Shown in pieces: positions 57,665 to 64,000 of a DNA stretch of 64,000 nucleotides (the first letter of the stretch is position 1; each line of letters opens with the position of its first letter). A program made the translations under genes and the position numbers. This DNA comes from Deltaproteobacteria bacterium (GTDB lineage: Bacteria > Desulfobacterota > Binatia > UBA9968 > JAJDTQ01), in contig JAPPNE010000052.1 of NCBI GenBank assembly GCA_028818775.1, positions 66,697-130,696 of the forward strand, given 5' to 3'. A model generated the notes under the pieces. The model was not told the DNA's origin and searched no databases. It saw only the letters and a program-made list of their open reading frames with translations.

Positions 57665-58876
57665 ATGACCTGGGAACCTGTCTGGGCACTACCGAATATT
57701 GACTTGGACAAACCTGTCGAGAGTCCAACCTTTGCGCTCGTTCCTGCTTCGGATCCCCGTGTCCAATTTCTGGAAAAGGAACATCGGAATTTCCGAATCT
57801 TCATGAGTCGGTTCCAGGATCCGCATGGGCATCCCATTCGGCCTACTCTCATAATTCGTCGCACCGATGTTGCCGAAAATTTCAGGGGGGCGGATGTAGC
57901 TGCCAGTTTTCGTGATGTCCTTGTCGCCTGTACCGTCCCACTTGCGAGATCCCTGGACATCATCTACGACAACAGTCGTGACAGAGTCCGATATGGCAGT
58001 TTCTTTTGGGTCTACCCTTGGATGCTTGATCGAAGCTACGAACGGATCATTGCGCATACGCCAGCAATACTGGCCCTGCACGATGTGAATCATTTGAGAG
58101 GACAGTCGTCCCCGGAACTGGCGCCAACGACGTTGCGACGGCGAGACCTTGATGAGCCGCTGTTACAGGAACTTCTCCGCCGCTGGACAGCACGTTATGA
58201 AACCATTTCACCGAAATGGGCGGATGTCGCGCTTTTTCGATCTCTGAATATGGCGAACCAAGCCTGTCTTCTTCCGGCGGGCGCCGATGCTGTTATGCAC
58301 GACTACGGGAGAATAATCGCCTTGTGGACAGCCGCCTGTGAGATTCTTGCTCATCCCGGAGGCGACGGACAAGCTAACCTAAGGAAGGTGTTTGAACTGC
58401 TGCGGAGAATACCCTGGGTGGACCAAAAATGCGGGCATCGGCGATATCTGATCCGACACAAGAAACGGACAGATCGAGAGAATCTGGCTGGTTGGCTTTA
58501 TTGGCGCATCTACTGCTGCCGCAATGATTTTCTTCACGGCAACCCGGTTGCGATTGAGAATTTACTCACTCCCAACTCCCGCCGTGCACTCGACCATCAC
58601 GCGGCTACTCTATATCGGTTGGCGCTGTCCTCCTTTCTGCGCTTGGCATGGAGTGAACCCTTGCCGGCAAGTGACGACGCCGACATTGTTGCGGAATATG
58701 TCGCAAGAAAAATGCAGTTCCAAGAACCACAAGTGGGATGTGAGGAGGCCTTGAGATTGTGTCGAGTGTCGGTTGCTCAACAACGCCGAGCTCGAAGGAA
58801 AGCGATTGAGAGGAGGCGGAGGATGGCCTTCTCAATGAACCTAGGACAGAATCGGACGGGACACGCACGACCGTGA
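57665..58876 (+). CDS. Hypothetical 403-aa protein with a HEPN-like Rx4H motif (possible Abi-type effector); ~53% GC
   Basis: No family was recognised. CCRNDFLHGNPV fits the HEPN Rx4-6H signature. GC is markedly lower than any neighbour. It follows res after a 100-bp AT-richer spacer. Confidence 0.35.
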   Translation: MTWEPVWALPNIDLDKPVESPTFALVPASDPRVQFLEKEHRNFRIFMSRFQDPHGHPIRPTLIIRRTDVAENFRGADVAASFRDVLVACTVPLARSLDIIYDNSRDRVRYGSFFWVYPWMLDRSYERIIAHTPAILALHDVNHLRGQSSPELAPTTLRRRDLDEPLLQELLRRWTARYETISPKWADVALFRSLNMANQACLLPAGADAVMHDYGRIIALWTAACEILAHPGGDGQANLRKVFELLRRIPWVDQKCGHRRYLIRHKKRTDRENLAGWLYWRIYCCRNDFLHGNPVAIENLLTPNSRRALDHHAATLYRLALSSFLRLAWSEPLPASDDADIVAEYVARKMQFQEPQVGCEEALRLCRVSVAQQRRARRKAIERRRRMAFSMNLGQNRTGHARP

Positions 58877-58918
58877 TAGGTCGGAGCCTGTCCAGGTAAT
58901 CGCGTCGCGTAGCCCCGC

Positions 58919-58937
58919 GGGCGACCGCCGGTCGCCC
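58919..58937 (+). terminator. GC hairpin (GGGCGACC-GCC-GGTCGCCC) downstream of the 403-aa gene; possible terminator, no U-tract
   Basis: Read directly: an 8-bp perfect stem with a 3-nt loop. Confidence 0.25.
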
Positions 58938-59013
58938 CTACAGGCACATCTCCATGCCTCGCGGTATTTCCGATTGCACGGACAGTCGTTGGCTCGTCAC
59001 AACAGTGGAGTCT

Positions 59014-59628
59014 CTACGAGGACATGCGGAACAATAGAAACACGACAATCGCAAGCACCAAACCGATCACCGTGGCCGCGCTCAGGTGGCGTTCGATGAG
59101 TGTGCGGACCGGGGGACCGAAGTACCAGAGGAGCGTGGCCTCGACGTAGAAGCGGAAGCCGCGGGATAGCAACGAGGCCAGGACGAAAACGCCCAGGTCA
59201 AGGCGGGCGGCACCGCACGCGACGGCCACCAGCTTGTAGGGGAGCGGGGTCAGGGCGCCGGCGACGACGATCCATGCGCCCCATTCGCGCCGGTACGTCT
59301 CGAATGCCTCAAGCTTTCCCGCATACCCCCACAGAGCAAGCAGAGGCTCACCCACGGCCTCGAAAAGGAAATAGCCGATGGCGTATCCGGCGAGGCCGCC
59401 GGCCGTCGACGACAGGGTGGAGATGCCGGCGAAGGTCCAGGCCCTGGCGCGCCGGGCCAGCACCATGGGGATGAGAAGGAGATCCGGCGGAACCGGGAGA
59501 AAGAGACTCTGGAGAAAGCACACGCCGGCCAGCGCCCAGACGGCGCGCCGCGTTGCTGCGCTACGGATGGTCCAGTCGTAGAGTCGGTTGAGCGTGCGGG
59601 AGTCCGTCCCCGCGGTCGAGTGGGTCAT
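59014..59628 (-). CDS. DedA/YqaA-family (SNARE-associated) membrane protein
   Basis: Multi-TM protein with a DedA-like core (FLQSLFLPVPPDLLLIPMVLA…). Confidence 0.6.
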   Translation of the reverse strand: MTHSTAGTDSRTLNRLYDWTIRSAATRRAVWALAGVCFLQSLFLPVPPDLLLIPMVLARRARAWTFAGISTLSSTAGGLAGYAIGYFLFEAVGEPLLALWGYAGKLEAFETYRREWGAWIVVAGALTPLPYKLVAVACGAARLDLGVFVLASLLSRGFRFYVEATLLWYFGPPVRTLIERHLSAATVIGLVLAIVVFLLFRMSS

Positions 59629-59654
59629 GTGCCGCGTCGCGGGTCATGCCTCCT

Positions 59655-59864
59655 TCACAGGACCTTGTACCCCTTCCCCAGCACCACCCGCAGCAGGCCG
59701 TCGATGTGGGTCACCTCGGGATCGAACTCGATGACGGCGACCTGCCGCTCTACCGAGAAATCCACCTCCGCGACGCCGGGGGTGCTCCCGAAGGCTTCGG
59801 AGAGATCGGCTACGGCGGTTTCCGTCAGATCGCCGATGGAGATGATGGCGGTCTTGGTGTTCAT
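59655..59864 (-). CDS. HMA-fold (heavy-metal-associated-like) small protein lacking the CxxC metal site
   Basis: TAIISIGDLTETAVADLSEAFGSTPGVAEVDFSVERQVAVIEFDPEVTHIDGLLRVVLGKGYKV follows the HMA betaalphabetabetaalphabeta pattern, with GDLTETAV in place of GMTCxxC. Confidence 0.45.
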   Translation of the reverse strand: MNTKTAIISIGDLTETAVADLSEAFGSTPGVAEVDFSVERQVAVIEFDPEVTHIDGLLRVVLGKGYKVL

Positions 59865-60358
59865 GGCGTGTCGGGTTTCGCATCGGAGCCGGAGGGCTGA
59901 TTCCGCCCCAGCACGCGCTTGATCTCCAGGCCGGCGCGTTCGGCGTCCGCCTCCGGTATGTACATCTCGAAGGCGGCAAAGAGCTGGCGCTCCTCGCTGC
60001 GGATGTGCTGCTCCAGCAGGTCGCCGAAGTCGAAGAGAAACTTCCGCATCTCCTTCGCGTCGCTCAACCGGGCAACCATCTCGCGGAACTTCCGGTGATC
60101 GCCTTGGAGCCGGGCCACCAACCCCCGGGATTCTTCATGGGCGGCCATCAGCGGAAACAGCACCGTCTCTTCGGCCTCGAAATGAGGTTGCAGGTTCTCG
60201 CTGAAGAAGCGCGATGCCTGTGCGGCGCATGCCTCCATGGCCGCGGGGTCGCCCGGGTTGAGCTGGCCGAGGGCGTGCTTGCGGCAACGCAGCGCCAGCG
60301 CCAGGCCGTGATGATGGTCGTGGGAAAGCGGTATCAGTGCGGGGTGTCGTTTGGCCAT
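59861..60358 (-). CDS. Hemerythrin HHE cation-binding domain protein
   Basis: Histidine/Glu-rich helical pattern (HDHHHGLAL…HFEAEETVLFPLM…LEQHIRSEERQLFAAFE). Length is 165 aa. Confidence 0.6.
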   Translation of the reverse strand: MAKRHPALIPLSHDHHHGLALALRCRKHALGQLNPGDPAAMEACAAQASRFFSENLQPHFEAEETVLFPLMAAHEESRGLVARLQGDHRKFREMVARLSDAKEMRKFLFDFGDLLEQHIRSEERQLFAAFEMYIPEADAERAGLEIKRVLGRNQPSGSDAKPDTP

Positions 60359-60432
60359 GGATTGCCACGCAAATTGACGATGCCGGGTCTATGGGCTACC
60401 CTTCGTGCCACAAAGATCCTGGAGGTTGATAT

Positions 60433-60918
60433 ATGGCGGACGACATGATCGTCAAACGCGAAGTGGTGATGGAGGCCGACGCCGAGATGCTGGGGCGGCA
60501 GCAGAAGCGTGGCGAGGCGCGCGGTTTCACGGTGATGTGCGACGAGGGCGGGCACATCGGTGGCGACAACACGGCGCCGCCGCCCATGGCGTATTTCGCG
60601 CTGTCCGTCGGATTCTGACTGCTCACCCAGCTTTCCCGGTACGGGGAAATGATGAAGGTGAAGATCGACAAGGCGCGCGTGCACGTGACCGCGCGCTTCA
60701 GGAACGAGGGCTCGGTGTTGCGGGAGACGGTGCAGGCCGAGGGCGTCGGCGTCGAGACGAAGCTCGACGTGGAGTCCGACGAGCCTCCGGAACGCGTCGC
60801 CGCGGTGATCCGCAACTCGGAGCAAGGCTGCTACATCATGCAGACGGTCAAGAATCCGACGCCGGTGGAAACACGGGTGACGCTCAACGGAGCGGATTTC
60901 GACACGAGCAGGAAGTAG
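60433..60918 (+). CDS. OsmC/Ohr-family peroxiredoxin with an in-frame TGA at the peroxidatic-Cys position (candidate selenoprotein; otherwise a pseudogene)
   Basis: ORFs 60433-60618 and 60649-60918 share a frame, separated by a single TGA (60616-60618). The combined reading is …[23 protein letters not shown][U]LLTQL…[12 protein letters not shown]…, aligning with the OsmC AAHAAC… and …KAGCP… motifs. A GGAGG RBS lies 8 nt before ATG 60433. A hairpin sits at 60631-60651. Confidence 0.55.
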
Positions 60919-60970
60919 TCGGGCAAGACCGGGGCCGAGGCAGGATCGGTTCCGCGGACGGGGAAAGGCC

Positions 60971-61840
60971 ATGGAGGGTTCCGAGGAAGTGATGGAAGCG
61001 CTGGTCTTCGACGTCGATCAGTCGGAGTTCGAGGCGCGCGTGCTGGAGCGCTCCCGGGAGACGCCGGTGGCGGTGGACTTCTGGGCGCCGTGGTGCGGCC
61101 CGTGCCGGGTACTGGGTCCGGTGCTGGAGCGGCTCGCCGAGGAGTACGGCGGGAAGTTCCTCCTGGCCAAGGTCAACGTGGACGAGAACCAGGAGCTGGC
61201 GGCCGCCTTCGGCATACAGGGGATCCCGGCGGTCAAGGTCTTCAAGGATGGCGGCTTGGCCGCGGAGTTCACCGGGGCGCTGCCCGAAACGGGCGTGCGC
61301 GAGATCCTGGAGCGGGTGGTGCCCTCACGCGAGGACGAGTTGACCGCGGAGGCGGATCAATTATGGTCCGCGGGTGAGGCCGGAAAGGCGCTGGCCATCT
61401 ACGAGCAGGTGCTGGAGGAGGCGCCGAACCATGCGGGCGCACTCCTGGGGCTGGGGCGGGGGCTGCTTGAGACGGATGAGGAACGCGCCCTGTCCATGCT
61501 TGAAAGAGTTCCCCTGGGCGACCCGGAACGAAACGAGGCCGACCGGCTGATTGCCCGTCAGAAACTCAGTGCGGGCGAAGGCGCCGACGTCGAGTCCCTG
61601 CGCGAGGAACTGGCGGCGGCCCCGGATCGCCTCGACCTCCGCTTCCGGCTGGGCCAGGCGTTGGCCGCCGAAGAGCGCTACGAGGCCGCGCTCGAAGAGT
61701 TCCTGGCGGTGCTGAAACAGGACCGCGCCTTCGAGGACGACGGCGCCCGCAAGGCCATGGTACAGATCTTCGAAGTGTTGGGACGGAACGAACTCGCCGA
61801 CAGGTTCCGCTCCGAGATGGCCAAGGTCCTGTTCAGTTAA
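60971..61840 (+). CDS. Thioredoxin-domain plus TPR protein (CnoX/YbbN-like chaperedoxin)
   Basis: [21 protein letters not shown] is the Trx motif. A C-terminal TPR-like helical region follows. Length is 289 aa. Confidence 0.75.
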   Translation: MEGSEEVMEALVFDVDQSEFEARVLERSRETPVAVDFWAPWCGPCRVLGPVLERLAEEYGGKFLLAKVNVDENQELAAAFGIQGIPAVKVFKDGGLAAEFTGALPETGVREILERVVPSREDELTAEADQLWSAGEAGKALAIYEQVLEEAPNHAGALLGLGRGLLETDEERALSMLERVPLGDPERNEADRLIARQKLSAGEGADVESLREELAAAPDRLDLRFRLGQALAAEERYEAALEEFLAVLKQDRAFEDDGARKAMVQIFEVLGRNELADRFRSEMAKVLFS

Positions 61841-61845
61841 ACACT

Positions 61846-62958
61846 CTACGCCTGCGCCCCGGCGGCTTCCCTTGACGCCACCGCCGTAGCATCCAGCCGC
61901 GCCCGCAGCCGCGGGTAGAACCTGAGCGGGTTCTCGAACAGGATCTTGTGCTTCAGCTCGTCGCTGAGGTCTTCGCGCCCCAGGAGGTGCGGGATGTCCT
62001 CGCTGAAATCCCGCTGGTCTCGTTCGTGGGGATAGTCGGAGGCCCAGAGGAGCGTGTGCTCCGGCACCAGGCGGGCGGTCTCGGGCAGCAGCGTCTCCTC
62101 CACCTCGGCGGCGAAGTAGATGTTGCCTTCCCGGAAATACTCGCTGGGCTTGCGCTTGCAGTTCGGCGAGTAGTGGCCCTTGCGCTCGTACTCTTCGTCC
62201 AGGCGGTCCATCAGGTAGGGGACCCAGCCCGCGCCGCACTCCAGCACGCCGAAGCGCAGCTTGGGGAACAGCTCGAACACGCCTTCACAGATCATCGCCA
62301 CGATCTGCCGGAACTGCGCGAACGGATGCTCCAGGGTGTGCGCCACCATGAAGTTGCGGGTGTCGTCGATGCCCAGGTCCGGAAAGCTCATGCCGCCATG
62401 GGGTGACACCGGCACGTCCAGCCGCTGGGCCTCCTCCCACAAGGGGTAGAAGTCGGGTCCGCTGAAGAGCTTCCCGCCCGGGGCGGCGGAAGGCAGCACC
62501 GCGCCCACCATCCCCAGCTCCTCGACGGCCCGGCGAAGCTCCTTGACCGCCTCGTCGATGTCCTGGATGGGCAGCAGCGCCACGCCCACCAGGCGCGGGC
62601 TCACACGCATGAAACGGTCGTGCAGCCAGTCGTTGTAGGCCCGTGCCATGGTGATGGCCCACTCGTGGTCGCGGATGGCCGCGTGAGTGAGCCCCTGGGT
62701 CGGGTACAGCACGGTCAGCTCGATGCCGTTCTTGTCGAGGAAGTCGAGCCAATGCCCGGCGTTGGGTCCGGTGCCGCCGCCGACCCAGCCGCCCGGCTGC
62801 CTCAGCGAGCGCAGGTAGCCGTCCATGGTAAGGCCCGGCCAGAAACTGTAGGACCGGTGCCATTCCAGTTCAGCGTACGGACCGCCGATGTAGTCGCGAA
62901 GCTCGTCGTCGATCTCCATCACGTGCCCGTCGGCGTCGATGATGCGTTGTTGGGACAT
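61846..62958 (-). CDS. Amidohydrolase-2 family (TIM-barrel metal-dependent hydrolase, ACMSD-like)
   Basis: From ATG 62958: MSQQRIIDADGHVME…HGGM…LWASDYPHE is the amidohydrolase_2 signature. The table ORF (to 63183) over-extends at the 5' end. Confidence 0.6.
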   Translation of the reverse strand: MSQQRIIDADGHVMEIDDELRDYIGGPYAELEWHRSYSFWPGLTMDGYLRSLRQPGGWVGGGTGPNAGHWLDFLDKNGIELTVLYPTQGLTHAAIRDHEWAITMARAYNDWLHDRFMRVSPRLVGVALLPIQDIDEAVKELRRAVEELGMVGAVLPSAAPGGKLFSGPDFYPLWEEAQRLDVPVSPHGGMSFPDLGIDDTRNFMVAHTLEHPFAQFRQIVAMICEGVFELFPKLRFGVLECGAGWVPYLMDRLDEEYERKGHYSPNCKRKPSEYFREGNIYFAAEVEETLLPETARLVPEHTLLWASDYPHERDQRDFSEDIPHLLGREDLSDELKHKILFENPLRFYPRLRARLDATAVASREAAGAQA

Positions 62959-63127
62959 GGCCTTCTCCCTTCGGATCAATAGCGTTTCGATGCCGTAGAT
63001 AGTAGCCCGGATGGCACGGTCGGGCAAGCTGGAAGGCGTCCGCGGCGGCTTTCTTCCCGCCTCTACCCATGTCAAAATTGATTCTCTATAATCGCAACCG
63101 GTGCATCCAAGCGAGGAGGTACGTGCC

Positions 63128-64000
63128 ATGTCGAGACTGCGCGGTTTGATGTTGGCGGCAGCCGTCCTGGTCGTGTTCGCCACCGCGGCGTACGCGCAAC
63201 GCGGCGCCGACGGCGAGCTCAGGATGCTCTACTGGCAGGCGCCGTCGGTCCTGAACCCGTTCCTCTCCGGGGGGACCAAGGACATCCACGCCGCGGCGTT
63301 CGTCATCGAGCCGCTGGCGCGCTACGACGACGACGCCAACATGGTCCCGGCGCTGGCGGCGGAGATACCCACCGTCGAGAACGGCGGGGTGGCCGCCGAC
63401 CTCAAGTCCGTCACCTGGAAGCTCCGGAAAGGCGTGACCTGGTCCGACGGGACGCCGTTCACCGCCGCCGACGTCGCCTTCACGGCGACCTACTGCATGC
63501 ACCCGGACGGAGGCTGCAACGCCGCGCCCCGGTTCGAGAATGTGGCCGCGGTGGAGGCGGTGGACGACCACACCGTGCGGATCTCCTTCAAGGTCGCGAT
63601 GCCGTTCCCCTACGGGCCGTTCGTGGGCTCCACCTGCCCGGTGATCCAGAAGAAGCAGTTCGAGGGCTGCCTGGGAGCCAAGGCACCCGAATGTACCCAA
63701 CAGAACTTCGGCCCCATCGGCACCGGCGCCTTCAAGGTGAAGGAGTTCCGGCCCAACGACGTGGTGCGCTACGAGATGAACGAGCGCTACCGCAACCCCG
63801 ACCAGCCGGCCTTCGCCTCGGTCCTGGTGAAGGGCGGCGGCGACGCCGTGTCGGCGGCCCGGGCGGTGCTGGAAACCGGCGAGTTCGACTACGCCTGGAA
63901 CCTCCAGGTGGAGCCCGAGATCCTCGCCGCCATGGAAAAGGCGGGCAAGGGCAAGGTGGTGTCGGCCTTCGGCACCCTGGTGGAGCGGCTGATCGTGCAG
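63128..64000 (+). CDS. ABC transporter substrate-binding protein, family 5 (peptide/nickel type), 5' part (continues beyond the window)
   Basis: ATG 63128 has a GGAGG RBS. Signal peptide MSRLRGLMLAAAVLVVFATAAYA|Q, then the SBP_bac_5-like pattern (LRMLYWQAPSVLNPFLS…). The frame is open to the window end and is not in the supplied track. Confidence 0.6.
   Translation, partial: MSRLRGLMLAAAVLVVFATAAYAQRGADGELRMLYWQAPSVLNPFLSGGTKDIHAAAFVIEPLARYDDDANMVPALAAEIPTVENGGVAADLKSVTWKLRKGVTWSDGTPFTAADVAFTATYCMHPDGGCNAAPRFENVAAVEAVDDHTVRISFKVAMPFPYGPFVGSTCPVIQKKQFEGCLGAKAPECTQQNFGPIGTGAFKVKEFRPNDVVRYEMNERYRNPDQPAFASVLVKGGGDAVSAARAVLETGEFDYAWNLQVEPEILAAMEKAGKGKVVSAFGTLVERLIVQ

Noticed and set aside
60616-60618. 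Treating the in-frame TGA in the OsmC gene simply as a sequencing error or ordinary pseudogene
   Set aside because: This was not rejected outright. Its exact coincidence with the conserved peroxidatic Cys, together with a downstream hairpin, makes Sec recoding the more parsimonious reading. The pseudogene alternative remains open.

Overview
This is a ~68-70% GC bacterial chromosomal segment that is mostly housekeeping operons, with two lower-GC islands (~53-62% GC) carrying the most interesting content.

Housekeeping content, left to right:
- trpC (3' end)-trpF-folC, then lptD followed directly by an orphan GspD-type secretin.
- On the minus strand: rarA, then the classic ffh-rpsP-KH-rimM-trmD-rplS cluster. 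Here TrmD is fused to a second SPOUT-type methyltransferase domain, and S16 carries a long Ala/Glu/Thr-rich tail.
- A DUF433/DUF5615 toxin-antitoxin-like pair, and groES-groEL.
- A translationally coupled peptidoglycan-recycling operon, ldcA-serine hydrolase-mpl. The middle gene carries an in-frame ~100-bp palindromic miniature inverted-repeat element (MITE).
- iscA, a medium-chain (MDR-family) alcohol dehydrogenase, rsmD-coaD, tRNA-Met(CAT), several hydrolases, and a PotABCD-like ABC transporter.
- A YacP-like NYN protein, a DapL-like aminotransferase and folK.

Island 1 (~33.5-38.6 kb) is a restriction-modification module. It has a C-protein-like HTH gene with a palindromic operator, a 1003-aa Eco57I-family N6-adenine methyltransferase, and an ATGA-coupled small PD-(D/E)xK nuclease. 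A diverged HTH_17 gene sits alongside.

Between the islands lie trpE-trpG, a DUF192 gene, an archaeal-type (type II) GAPDH and tldD-pmbA.

Island 2 (~45.4-59.0 kb) is a defence island with these components:
- A 1313-aa SIR2_2-domain (DSR-like) protein, followed by a DUF4160-remnant/DUF2442 pair.
- A diverged Type III R-M operon in which an OLD/AAA_21-family ATPase gene is translationally coupled between mod and res.
- A 403-aa, ~53% GC HEPN-motif (Rx4H) protein.

The right end of the window is a redox cluster. It contains a DedA-family protein, a Cys-less HMA domain, a hemerythrin, and an OsmC-family gene whose peroxidatic Cys codon is an in-frame TGA followed by a hairpin, making it a candidate selenoprotein. 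A thioredoxin-TPR gene (CnoX-like), an amidohydrolase and a partial peptide-binding protein follow.

A palindromic repeat family (CGTCATTCCCGCGAAAGCGGGAATCC) occurs at three loci. No CRISPR array, rRNA, integrase or transposase was seen. Many 'ORFs' in the track are antisense artefacts typical of high-GC DNA. All functional calls rest on motif and architecture recognition by eye, without database searches.
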